A stretch of 64,000 nucleotides of DNA from Malacoraja senta (Eukaryota): positions 5,148,001 through 5,212,000 of the forward strand of contig CM075998.1 in assembly GCA_038087875.1 (NCBI GenBank), given 5' to 3'. Positions 51,273 through 63,764 of the stretch are shown here, in pieces. The position numbers and the translations under genes were made by a program. The first letter of the stretch is position 1; the number at the start of each line of letters is the position of its first letter. The notes beneath the pieces are model-generated. The model had not been told where the DNA came from. It worked only from the letters and a program-made list of their open reading frames with translations, and did no database searches.

Positions 51273-52197
51273 CTAGTTTAAAGTCTCCCCAGTAGCCTTT
51301 GCAAATCTCCCCGCCAGGATATTGGTCCCCCTCGGGTTCAAGTGCAACCCGTCCTTTCTGTACAGGTCACACCTTCCCCAAAAGAGGTCCCAATGATCCG
51401 GAAATTTGAATCCCTGCCCACTGCACCAGTTCCTCAGCCACGCATTTATCCTCCACCTCATTCCATTCCTACTCTCACTGTCGCGTGGCACAGGTAGTAA
51501 TCCTGAGATTGTTACCTTTGCGGTCCTTCTCCTTAACTCTCCTCCCAACTCCCTAAATTCTCCTTTCAGGACCTCTTCTCTTTTTCTGCCTATGTCATTG
51601 GTACCTATATGTACCACAACATCAGGCTCCTCTCCCTCCGATTTCAGGATATCTTGGACACGTTCAGACACATCCCTGACCCAGGCACCAGGGAGGCAAA
51701 CTACCATCCGGGTCTCCTGACTGCGTCCACAGAATCGCCTATCCGTCCCCCTAACCATAGAGTCCCCTATTACTATTGCCCTCTTCTTTTCCCTACCCTT
51801 CTGAGCAACAGGGCCGGTCTCTGTGCCGGAGGCCCGGCCGCTGTCGCTACCCCCATGAAGGCTGTCCCCCCCAACAGTACTCAAACAGGAGTACTTATTT
51901 TCAAGGTGTACAGCCACCAGGGTACTCACTAGTCCCTGCCTCTGCCCCTTGCCCTTCCTAACCGTGACCCACTTGTCCGCCTCCCGTGGTCTTGGGAGTG
52001 GCCACCTCACTTTCTATGACCTCCTCACTCTCCCTGATCAGACAGAGGTCATCGAGCTGCTGCTCCAGGTTCCTAACACGGTCCCTTAGGAATCCCATCT
52101 CGACGCACCTGGCACAGATGTGGACGTCTGGAGGGGTATCAGACTCCATGACCTGCCACATCTGACATCCAGAACAGTAAACTGCCCTGGCCCTCAT
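51273..52197 (-). pseudogene. CR1 ORF1 (zinc finger/leucine zipper and SGNH esterase), one frameshift
   Basis: CSGC...CARC and LRDRVRNLEQQLDDL in 51958-52197; GDS, G, GTND and DGLH esterase blocks in 51273-52010. Confidence 0.88.
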
Positions 52198-52607
52198 TCT
52201 CCCCCCTTACCCTGGATACAATACAAAGCCTTACCCTGGATACAATACAGACTATGTCCGGCTACGCAGTCATGAGTACAGAGTGAGTACACCAGGGGGC
52301 TGAGCACGCAGCCATGAGGTGCTCCTGTGCTGATTGTTATCGAGGATGACACATTTCCACCAATTCAATCAGTACGAACTCGAGTATAGGTGGTTAGAGC
52401 AAAGGGGAAGATACAAAATGCAGAATATAGTTGTAAAGATGTTCTAAATTTAAGTATGATTTTATTTGGTTTGCTGTTTGAAAATTGGTGGATAATAGGG
52501 AGGGGCGACAGAGGGTAGAGAATAAAGTCTTGTGTCTTGGCGAGACAATTTTTAGAAATCGGATTAATGATTGAGTAAGATTTAATGAAATATATTTAAT
52601 GAAATCA

Positions 52608-53110
52608 TGAGTATAGAAGTTGGGAGGTCATGTTGCAGTTGTATAAGATGTTGGTGAGGCCATATTTAGAATATTGTGTTCAGTTCTGGGCACCATGTTA
52701 TAGGAAAGATGTTGTCAAGCTGGAAAGGGTACAGAGAAGATTTACGAGGATGTTGCCAGGACTAGAGGGTGTGAGCTACAGGGAGAGGTTGAGTAGGCTG
52801 GGACTCTGTTCCTTGGAGCGCAGGAGGATGAGGGGTGATCTTGTAGAGGTGTATAATATCATGAGAGGAATAGATCCCATAAACCTTGCAAAGGGTGGTG
52901 GGTGTATGGAACAAGCTGCCAGAGGAGGTAGTTGAGGCTGGGACTATCCCAACGTTTAAGAAACAGTTAGACAGGTACATGGATAGGACAGGTTTGGAGG
53001 GATATGGACCAAACATGGGCAGGTGGGACTAGTGTAGCTGGGACATGTTGGCCGGTATGGGCAAGTTGGGCCGAAGGGCCTGTTTCCACGATGTATCACT
53101 CCACGACTCT
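52608..53110 (+). mobile_element. CR1 3' fragment with an internal deletion
   Basis: ORF 52630-52935 ([22 protein letters not shown]...) and the 3' UTR. Confidence 0.85.
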
Positions 53111-56100
53111 GATTTTAAATGAGAATTATGATTCGAAAGGCCCAAGAAAGGTTGATTTTTAAATAAATGAGTATTTCACCTTTAAAGGATCCTGTTGCAA
53201 TGTTTTGCAATACTATATTCAGAGAACAAAGTGGCCAGGTGATGCAGCGGTAGAATTGCTGCCTTACAGTGCCAGAGACCCGGGTTCAATCCTGACCATC
53301 GGTGCTGTTTGTACCTTTTCCCAGAGACCTGCGTGGATTTTCTTCGTAGGTTTGTAGGTTAATTGGCTTCTGTAAAATTGTAAAATGTCCCTAGTGTGTG
53401 TGGGATAGTGTTAGTGTGCAGGGATCGCTGGTCGGCACGGACTCGGTGGGCCGAAGGGCCTGTTTCCGCGCTGTATCTCTAAACGAAACCTCCGTCCATT
53501 ATCTCTAAACTAAACTTAGAGTAGCACAAAGGGTTAACCGCCAGGTTTTCAATAATAGCCGAGCACAACCCTTTGTGGAAAGAACTTGTGCAAAGTACAT
53601 CTAACCTGTTTGTCGTGTCCAATGAATGGGTGGGTGGGAATAGAAAATGTCAAGTGTCGACTAGTGTAGCTGGGACTTGTTGGCCGGTGTGGGCAAGTTG
53701 GGCCGAAGGGCCTGTTTACACACTGTATCACTGTGTGACTAGTGTAGATGGGACATGTTGGCCGGTGTGGGCAAGTTGGGCCGAAGGGCCTGTTTCCATG
53801 CTGTATCACTGTGTGACTGGTGTAGCTGGGACATGTTGGCCGGTGTGGGCGAGTTGGGCCTGTTTCCACGCTGTATCACTGTGTGACAAGTGTAGCTGGG
53901 ACATGTTGGCCGGTGTGGGCAAGTTGGGCCGAAGGGCCTGTTTACACCCTGTATCACTCTGTGACTCTAAGTGTTCTGATTCAGTCCGATATGACTTAGC
54001 CCATTTATTTAGTTCTGGGTCACAACAAACCTTGACGCTGAATGTTCAGCTGATTGGTTCAGTAGCCAAGGGTCATTGTGAACATTTCCCATTGCAAGAA
54101 CAGCATCTTCTTGTCTTCAGTTTGGCAAATGATGTTTGAACATTGTTTAGTTTCATTTACTATATTCTTATCACTTGTGCTGCAGTGAAAAGCTTTTTAT
54201 GTTTGCTGTCCAGTCCATGAAAAGATTATACAGTCTAGCTGTCCACAGTGTACAGATACAGGATGAAGGCAATAACGTTTAGTGCAAGGTCAAGTCTCAT
54301 TCAAGATAGTGCGAGGGTCACCAATGAGGTAGATGGGAGGTCAGGACCGCTCTCTAGTTGGTGAGAGGACGGTTCAGTTGCCTGATAACAGCCGGGAAGA
54401 AACTCTCCCTGACTCTGGCAATGAATTGGAGACTTGATGCTATCCTTGGCTATTTGTGTTCTCTGGGTAGGCTAGATTATTCTCCTCCTCCTTGAGTCAC
54501 TTGAAGTCAAATCTGTTTGTGTTTTAGCCTGAACGGCATGTGGATGTCGACTGACCTAATCCTGTTTTTAACTGGCACACCCTTTCAGCAGAAGAGTCGT
54601 TCAGTGGCAATAAGAATAAGAATGAGAATGCTGCCTGTTTTAACCCCTTCTCTCCCACCCCCTCGATTTTTGTTTTCTCGCTCCTGTTTCAGGTGATCTA
54701 AGGGATCTCATAACACGTGGTGGAGTCAGTGGACCTGGGAGCGCGTCTGTTGTGTTGTGTGCTAGCCAGTCGGCAAAAAGATCAGACATGATTGCAGTCA
54801 AGCCACCCACAGTGTACAGATGAAGGATCAAGATACAGTCTGATTCAAGATAGGCCGATGGTCTCCAGCGCCCTGCGGAGAAGGCTTGTACTGGTTAATT
54901 GGCCATCACTAAGTACAATGTGATTACACATTACCTGCTGGCTTTGGAGGTTGAGGACAACATTGATTTTTTTTCCCTTGTAGCTTGAACTTTGTTTGAA
55001 AAGAAAAGTAGATGTAAAAGGAAATTGTGATGGCTAAAGTTGGCTAAAATCAGGCAGTCCAAATGGTATTTACATTTTGGGGAGTTGCCATTTCTGCAGC
55101 TCTGTAACAGAGAACAAGGTGGTTTGTGAAGGAAATTGTAATTAAAATGACACGTGTTCGAATTGCCACTGTACAAGTTGAATCCGACCTATTAAATGGT
55201 GACAACACGCTCATTAAACGATGATGACCATTTATTTGCCTTATTTATTTAATGTACACTCATTTCAAACCTTCTGGCCAGCTCTTCCAAAGATGCGCAG
55301 ATGTCTGCTAGAGACGGCTGTGGGACTTGACCCATCTCCGATACATGGCCCAGCACAAGAGCTTGTAGGCTGCCGTACCCGGGCCTAGTCCTGTCCCACC
55401 ATCCAGCCACGCACTTTACAGTGGCCGTCACTGGTCAATGCCTGGATTGATACAGTTCGAAGATTGCAATTGTCAACAGATCCAACACTATCCATTTGGA
55501 TTTTCCTAGCCCACCATGCCCACATTTGGTCACCCCCCCCCCCCCCCCCAGTTTTTGATTTAATCCGCACACAAAAGGCTGACTTTCCGGAGATACAAAG
55601 AACTGCAGATGCCGGTTTATGGGGGGGAAAGGCCACAAAGTGCTGGAACTTTGTGGCCTTTTGTAACCCGCCTGTCCTGCTGGAGTTACTCCAGCACCTT
55701 GTGGCCTTTTGTAACTCGGAACGTATCCCAGCTAAACTGAAGTCATAAATCCAAGTCGCTCTCCTAATTTTGGTCACATAATCTGGACTACCGCGTTAAC
55801 CCTGTGCCAAGTAAGGTATAGAATGCTAAACAGAGAACCCGGCTACTTGTGATTCGGGTCAATGTTAAAGAGCAAGGGGTTTATAGGCTGTTATAGAAGG
55901 TCATAAGTGATAGGAGCAGAATTAGGCCATTCGGCCCATCAAGTCTACTCCACCATTCAATCATGGCTGATCTATCTCTCCCTCCTAACCCCATTCTCCT
56001 GCCTTCTCCCCATTACCTCTGACACCCGTACTGATCAAGAATCTATCTATCTCTGCCTTAAAAAGACTGACTTGGCCTCCACAGCCGTCTGTGAAATTCT

Positions 56101-59100
56101 CCACCTTCTGACTAAAGAAATCCCCTGCTCATCTCCTTCCTAAAGGAATGCCCTTTTATCCTGAGGCTGCGCCCTCTGGTCCTAGACTCTCCCACCAGTG
56201 GAAACATCCTCTCCACATCCACTCGATCCAGGCCATTCACTATTCTGTACGTTTCAATAGGTTTCCCTCTCTCATCCTTCTAAACTCCAGCAAGTACAGG
56301 CCCAGTGCTCATCATATGTTAACCCACTCATTCCTGGGATCATTCTCGTAAACCCTCCTCTGGACCCTCTCCAGAGCCAGCACATCCTGCCTCAGATATG
56401 GGGCCCAAACCTGCTCGCAATGCCCCAAATGCGGTTTGACCAGTGCCTTATGGAGGCTATCCCCTCCACATCCACTCCACATCCAACCCTTTCATTATTC
56501 TGTATGTTTCAGTGAGGCCCCCCCCTCATTCCTCGAAACTCCTGAAGTTTCCACATACATAGCAGTGGACACTGTGCGCAAATTGCTGCTGAATTTACTT
56601 GTACAATGCCAATTGATGTATATTCAGTGACCCTGACATATGCGCTAAGATGCGATATAAGCGCAAACCTCTTTCTGCTGCAATTCTGGTTACTGTCGTT
56701 CACTCTGATGCATGATTCTGTTGTCTTTGTTAAATATTTGCAATCTGCAACTTGTGAAGTGTGCTGAGTTAAATGCTGATCAAAGTATCGAGCGCATTTT
56801 TAAATTAAGGGCTCCATGCTGTGCATCGTCTGTGCAAAAGACCCTCTCCCCATATCCACCCCCCCCCCCCCCTCCCTGAAAAAAAAATCAAAATTTCGTA
56901 CTGGTGTAACAGAAGTGTGTAATATTTTCCAGAAGTCTTGCTGAGGTGACTTGTTTTGAGATAATGAAGTTGTATGTTCCAAGAGGTTTGGGTGTATTAG
57001 TGTCCCGTGTACTGAGGTACAGTGAAAAGCTTTGTCTTGCGTGCTATCCAGTCAGATTAGATACACCATGAAGAGATACAGTCAGTACAAACGCAAGGCC
57101 AGGCAGGTAGAGCAAAGGGGATTATACAAAATGGCAGAATATAGCTGTCAAGATGTTCTAAATGTAAGTATGGTTCATGGCCTTTATTTTGCAGTTTGAA
57201 AATTGGTGGATACTGGGGCAAGAGACAAGGGAGAGAGGGAGGGGAGGGGAGGGGAGGAGAGAGGGGGAGGCGAGAGGCGGAAGGGAGGTGGGAGGGGAGG
57301 CAAGCGGGAGAGAAGGGGGAGAAGAGAGGAGGGGAGAGGGGGAGAGAGAAGGGGAGGAGAGGGGGTGAAGGGAGAAGGGAGGGGGCAGTAGGGAGAGAGA
57401 GAGAGAGAGAGAGAGAGTGATGGAAGGTCATGCTCCAGAGTGTCTGCAGGTTTTGGTGCAGCTAAGGTCATGCATCTTGGCGAGACAATTAAAAATAAAA
57501 TCTGATTAATGATCGAGTAATAAATGAATGAAATGAGAGTTAGAATGTGGCAGGTCCAAGGAGGTTTGCTTTTGAAAGAAATAAGCATTTCACCTTGAAA
57601 GAATCCCATCGCATCATGTGATAGGTTAACGTTATATCATTGTGTCACCTACATTTTGATCTGTGAGATTTTCTCCTTGTGGCAACCTTTCAGATATTGA
57701 AGAGGCTAAGTTTACAAATTGGCATTTAATTTTTTTTTTTCTCGGCAATGTTTTGAGAATCGTGTTAACACGTTCCTACTGCCGTGTTCTGGCATTGTAT
57801 TTGGTCTTCTGTAGGTTTAAGGTGCAAACTGTTGCAAACGGCATCTGTGTTTTTACTGGCTCGGGCTAATGTCCAAACTAGGGGGATTTTTTTGTTCTCT
57901 CATTTGATATGATGGGGCAAACATCAAAAGCCAGCTCGAATCTCTTTCAACACTGTATCCTTGTAAACCAAGCACCCTTATGCCTGCACTTACCACTGGT
58001 TAGAAGCATTGATGGCAGGGTACTGCGTTATTGGTACTTCACTTGACATTTGAAATTGCTTTTACTTATATTAAAAAAAAAAAGTTTTTGAAAGCTTCAT
58101 TGACTATGCACCATATGGGAGATTAGAGTATCGGGATTATACATTATGAATTTCCCGACATGCTGTTCAAAAACTGGCATTGGACAGGTAATAGCCCAAT
58201 GGCCTAATGTAATCCTTGTAAGGTTTAGCAGTACTGGCTTACCGATTGAGACAATGAGGTGGTTTGTTGACGAAGCCGTGTTTAGATCCCGATAGATTTT
58301 GTGCTCTGGTCTAAAAGCAAAAAAAAATAATGCGCATATGAGCAAGCTTGCACATGCGCAAATGCAGAGAAAAAAACCCCAAATTGTTTGCTCCTGTGCA
58401 TGCACTGCCAATTTTTCAAAATTTCAACTGAGGCAAAAAAAACAAACAAAAACATAGGCTCTTGAAATTTGGTTTGGCGTGGAATCAAAGTTGTTGTGTG
58501 ACTGCACCTGAAAATGGATTGGCCACTTTCAAAGCTCGATGCGCCACCTTGATCCACAACCCGCGAGTTTCAAGGTAACTAAAGCATTGCCCGCTGAGAT
58601 GTAAGTAACGTTGTTGAACCACTTTCATAGATTTGTTGTACTCGGGTGAAATAATTTTTTGGGAAATGACAAACGCTGCTGTGAACATAGAAAATGCGGC
58701 TTCGCGGAAGAAATTTCGCAAGGCCTACTTCATCAGCACTTGAAAATTCACAGAATATAATGAGCCAATGTCAAGCTGCAAATATTTCTCCATTCCCTAT
58801 GCTATATTTTCTCAAATGGTTAATGAACTAATGGGTGCATGCATGTAATCTGTTGTGCAAGCTCTTAATTATCTTAATATCCTGGGATATGAACTGAAGT
58901 GTCGAATCTGTGGTGAAAAAGTGGTCAATCCAGCAAATTAGTTTCAACCCATAGGAGCATCATAAGGCCACACGACCCATCAAGTCTACTCCGCCATTCA
59001 GTCATGGCTCATCTATCTTGCCATCTCAACCCCATTCTCCTGCCTTCTCCTCATAACCTTTGACACCCGTACTAATCAAGAAAATATCAATCTCCACCTT

Positions 59101-59948
59101 AAATATACCCAAAGAATTGGCCTCTGGCCGCCATCTCTGGCAACGAATTCCATAGATTTCCCACTCTGGCTAAAGAGATTTCTCCTCATCTCCACTTTGA
59201 AGGTACGTCCTTTTATTCTGAGGCTGTGCCCTCTAGTTCTGGACACTCCCTCTACTTGAAACATCCTCACCACATCCACTCTATCCGGGCCTTTCATTAT
59301 TCATTGGGTTTCAATGAGATTCCCCCCCCCCCCCCCCTCATCCTTCTAAACTCCAGCGTGTACAGGCCCAGTGCCGTTAAACGTTCATAATAGGTGAACC
59401 CACTTATCCCTGGGATCATTCTCGTAAACCTCCTCTGGACCTCTCCAGAGGCCCGTTCTTCCTTAGATTTCAAATGCCGCTTTATGTGGTAGTGGGTCAA
59501 AGACGCTGTGACCTGCTTGGGGGTGTCTTGATGCTGACACTGAATATCTCCAAGTGACTCTCCGCACTCCCTGGCACAAACGCGCTGTGCTTGATCACCA
59601 TTGAACACCTCGTAAGGAAAATGAAGGCAAATTGCAGTCAATACTTGCAGGTTAGCGCCCCTGAATCTCTTTAAGATATCGAGCGTGAGCTTTGGTCATT
59701 TGGCTGCGTAGCTCTGCTCAATCCCATCAATATCATTGCTAAATCAGGCCTGATTGAATGTTTTATGTGTCATTCCTAACTGTCACTGTGTGTCATGTTG
59801 TCACTTGTGGGCGGAGCACCAAGGCAAATTCCTTGTATGTGAATATACTTGACCAATAAACTTAATCAATCAATCATCTGACAGTCATACAGCACGGAAA
59901 CAGGCCCTTCGGCCCAACTTGCCCATGCCGACCAAGATACCTCATCTA

Positions 59949-60835
59949 TCTCTGCCATACCCCGCAACACTGCTCTCTCTCCCCCATCCCCCCACTCACA
60001 ACAAGGGCAGAGTCCCCCTAGTCCTCACCTTTCACCCCACCAGCCGTCACATACAACAAGTGATCCTCCGTCAGTTTTGCCACCTCCAACGTGACCCCAC
60101 CACTCGCCACATCTTCCCATCTCCCCCCATGTCTGCCTTCCGCAAAGACCGCTCCCTCCGTAACTCCCTTGTCAATTCTTCCCTTCCCTCCCGTACCACC
60201 CCCTCCCCTGGGTACTTTCCCTTGCAACCGCAAGAGATGCAACACTTGTCCCTTCACCTCCCCCCTCCACTCCATTCAAGGACCCAAGCAGTCGTTCCAG
60301 GTGCGACAGAGGTTCACCTGCATCTCCTCCAACCTCATCTATTGCATTCGCTGCTCTAGATGCCAGCTGATCTACATCGGTGAGACCAAGCGGAGGCTTG
60401 GCGATCGTTTTCGCCGAACACCTCCGGTCGGTCCGCAATAACCAACCTGACCTCCCGGTGGCTCAGCACTTCAACTCCCCCTCCCATTCCGTATCTGACC
60501 TCTCTGTCCTGGGTCTCCTCCATGGCCACAGCGAGCAACACCGTAAATTGGAGGAAATGCACCTCATATTCCGCTTGGGCAGTCTACATCCTGGTGGCCT
60601 GAACGTTGAATTCTCCCAATTCTGCTAGCCCTGGCTGTCCCTCCCCTTCATCAGCCATCTGGTTGTCTCCTCCCCCTCCCCAGCCCTCGGCTCCTCCTCC
60701 GCCTTTTCCTTTTTTCCTCTCTTCTCCCCTCCCCCTATCAGTCTGAGGAAGGGTTTCGGCCCGAAACGTTACCTATTTCCTTCGCTCCATAGATGCTGCT
60801 GCACCCGCTGAGTTTCTCCAGCATTTTTGTGTACC
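59949..60835 (+). mobile_element. Penelope-like element 3' part (GIY-YIG and hammerhead-bearing terminus) nested in a minus-strand CR1
   Basis: RVPLVLTFHP, CNRKRCNTCP and LIYCIRCSRCQLIYIGETKRRLGDRF; hammerhead core CTGAGGA...GAAACGTT at 60743-60770; TACCTCATCTA at 59938-59948 and 60832-60842. Confidence 0.92.
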
Positions 60836-61487
60836 TCATCTACACTTGTCCCACCTGCCCGCATTTGGCCTATATCCCTCTAAACCCGTCCTTTCCATGT
60901 ATCCGTCCAAATGTCTTTTAAAATGTTGGGATAGTCCCTGCCTCCTCCGGCAGCGCATTCCATACACACACCACCCTCTGTGTGGAAAAAGTTGCTCCTC
61001 TGGTTTCGATTAAATCTTTCCCCTCGCGCCTTAAACCGATGTCTTCTGGTTCTTGATTCCTCAACTTTTGGGTGAAAGCCTCTGTACATTCACCTTATAT
61101 ATTCCCCTCATGATTTTATACACCTCTGCAAGATCACCTCTTATCCTCCTGCGCTCCAAGGAATAAAGTCCTGGCCTGCTCAACCTCTCCCTATAGCTCA
61201 GCCCCTCAGGTCCTGGCAATGTCCGCGTAAATCTTCTCTGCACTCTTTCCTGCGTGACTACATCAAGTGTGAAAATATGTCCTTCACCTTGTAGTTATAT
61301 AAGCGTTAATTGCCATGAATTCAGCAGAACCTTTATCAACGAGGTTAATATTTGATACCACAATTGTGCGGCCTTTAAATAGAAGATGATTACTAATGGT
61401 AGCCGTTCGGGGGGAAGGATGTTTGAAATTGAGACACCGGGCTCTTAAATTTTGTGTGTGTTTTTAATTTTAAGTAAGTTACAGTTA

Positions 61488-61821
61488 AACCCGTCCCACG
61501 GTACGAGTTCATTCCAAGAGCTCTCCCCGAGTTTGCCCTGATTCAAACTCGGAGAGTTACGGTAATGGCCGCTCGTCGGTACTCGGGGCTCTCGTGGACA
61601 TTTTTCATCACGTTGAAAAATCTTCACGAGTCTTCCCGAGCTTACCTGCCGTTAGCGAGTCTTCCCGAGTACCTGCCGTTAGCGTATACGAGCCGCTAAG
61701 AGCCGTCCCCGAGCTCCGACGTACCCGCTACGTTCATTCTCCGTGCTTACCACGAGTTTGATTATTTTTTTTTGTACTCGGGGGAGCTCTTGGAATGAAC
61801 TCGTACCGTGGGACAGGGCTA
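61488..61821. mobile_element. MITE with ~45-bp terminal inverted repeats, PIF/Harbinger-like
   Basis: GTCCCACGGTACGAGTTCATTCCAAGAGCTC at the left end is the exact reverse complement of the right end. TTA lies at 61485-61487 and 61822-61824. No ORF. Confidence 0.8.
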
Positions 61822-62130
61822 TTACAAAGAGAATGGATCTTGGAAGGGTGAGATGAGAATGATTGAAATACCTTTATCCAAAACTGTTCGGTGAGGTCAA
61901 TGGGATATCTTTCTCCGAGTAATAATGAATTGGTAAACAGAAATGAACCCTTCGAAGTATAACTGCCCTGGTATCGGTCAATGAATCTCTCTGGAGATGA
62001 CGGTCAAACATGCTTTTACCTCTGCAATTGAACAAACAATTGTGGTATGAAGGCGAAAATATGTTTCTGCTTTGACTTCTACTGATGCACAAAGTATTTG
62101 TGCTGTTTACAGGGCTACATACGTCCCCTG

Positions 62131-62374
62131 TTTAAGAAGGTACTGCAGATGCTGGAAAATCGAAGGTAGACAAAAGTGCTGGAGAAACTCAGCGGGTGCA
62201 GCAGCATCTATGGAGCGAAGGAAATAGGCAACGTTTCGGGACGAAACCCTTCCCGGGTTTCGGCCCGGAACGTTGCCTATTTCCTTCTGGGTTTCGTCCC
62301 GAAACGTTGCCTATTTCCTTCGCTCCATAGATGCTGCTGCACCCGCTGAGTTTCTCCAGCACTTTTGTCTACCT
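62131..62374. mobile_element. Palindromic Penelope-terminus element (short version of 4636-5597)
   Basis: Inverted arms with one extra 34-bp unit; flanks CTACATACGTCCCCT / CTACATATACCCCCT. Confidence 0.8.
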
Positions 62375-62754
62375 ACATATACCCCCTTCTGCTTGCCCAA
62401 CTTTGAAGTCCCTTTTTAGTTGCTAGTTTTAAGATCAAGCCATCTCCTGGCACACCCTTTTAACAGGAAGAACTAAATTCCCTTTGCTCGTATTCGACAT
62501 CCTGTGCACGACGTTGTGTGGATCTGCTCAACTGCGATCAGTTTCCAAGCTGAGCCATTGTCGATCCAATTTCGGTGTCGAGTGTGGGTTACGTTCGGAA
62601 GAAATGTTTGTTGCGCGCTGCAAGGGTAACGGCCGGCGAGAAATATCTCCTCCGCGATGCCCAGTTGAAATAGCATTGGTCTGCTGCATGCAAATGTGTT
62701 GTACATCCTCTGCTTGCAATCTGTGTAACCATGTTTCCTCTTCTCTCCTCACAG

Positions 62755-62874
62755 ACCTTTATAGTACTAAACCGAGGGAAAACAATCTTCCGATTTAGTG
62801 CTGCACCTGCCATGTACATTTTAGGCGCTTTGAATCCACTGAGGAGATTCGCTATTAAAATTTTGATACATTTC
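62755..62874 (+). CDS. SCN8A: Voltage-gated sodium channel alpha subunit, second coding exon (N-terminal cytoplasmic region before DI-S1), most similar to Nav1.6
   Basis: Branch-like TAAC, pyrimidine tract and CAG acceptor (62726-62754); phase-0 translation [39 protein letters not shown]. Recalled human Nav1.6: [40 protein letters not shown]. The family call is strong; the paralog call rests on NRGKT/KILIH and the upstream exon-1c-like block. Confidence 0.85.
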
Positions 62875-62884
62875 ATATCCTTTT
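62875..62884 (+). other. U12 (minor spliceosome) AT-AC intron 5' splice site
   Basis: ATATCCTTTT right after the exon. Vertebrate SCN alpha genes are known to carry an AT-AC intron at this position. Confidence 0.9.
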
Positions 62885-63764
62885 AGTAGTGTTTCCTGTG
62901 GTGCTTTTCCTTGGTGTTTGTGGATGAAAAGTAGGCAATTTTGAACATGTTGAATTCTGCATTGGTTTTTTTTTTCCATTGTTTTTACTGGAAACTAAAT
63001 GCAAAACCAGGGTTGCTTGCAACTGATTATGACTTAGTCCAAATGTGTTCCCCATGTAATAAGTATCTAGTGTGTTCTCTCCAAATAAGTTGACTCACAG
63101 ATTTGTTCTCTCTCAAATGGACGCTGTGCTGTGTATATGTTTCAGATGGGCATCGGTGAAATATTACTGCAGAGTCGCGGCCAATGTTCGAATTTTAGAA
63201 TTTGTCCGACAGACATTTCCGAAAGATAAGGGAGCCTGAAGACCAAGTGGACAGATCATCTGTTGCAGATTTTGCCTTTCACAGGGAAATGAAAGTGGAT
63301 CCCGCACTTTTCCAATGTATTCTGTGAAATGTAGTGGGGGGGTGTGAAGAGAGTTGGCGCACTTAGAGGTCCTGTGTGGTTTACACCCAAGGAAGCTGAA
63401 AGCAAACGGAAAGCTAATCAACGCTTTGGCATGGTTTGGCTTTAGACAACTGATCACTTTAGAAGTCAAATCTTTTGCGGGAATGTATTGTCTGTAATTG
63501 GAAGATGATGTTGATGTTGTTTGAAGTCGTACGCTCAAAAAGAACACATTCAAGGTTCGGCTGCACAAAGCGATGGAAGGAATTCTTCGTTTCCCAAGAG
63601 GTCATGTCCGTTTAAATGCTAAAAACTAATACTTGGCGTAACCAAGCAATTGCCATAGAACTTCACAGTGATGACCTTCCTGTACAATATAAGGCATAAT
63701 GACTCTGCGAGAAAACGGAAATGAATTCTCAAGGATTAATTGATCCCAATAATATCGTCATACT

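Larger units (their letters stand above)
48234..52250 (-). mobile_element. Near full-length CR1 LINE (~4.0 kb) with a 6-bp target-site duplication
   Basis: ACTATG at 48228-48233 and 52251-52256; 3' (TTATATGG)n tail; ORF1 and ORF2 both present. Confidence 0.95.
47329..52362 (-). mobile_element. 5'-truncated Rex1/Babar LINE split by a nested CR1
   Basis: Removing the CR1 and one ACTATG restores GAPHGCVLSPLVYSLCTHDCVAGHSANSIIKFADDTTVVG. ORF 47516-48022 has FKFLGVHI and KKAHQRLYFLRRL. Confidence 0.9.

Noticed and set aside
54640..54730. Strong-looking acceptor (pyrimidine tract plus TTTCAG) as the missing coding exon
   Set aside because: Downstream sequence has no Nav-like reading frame and runs into a Rex-like tail.
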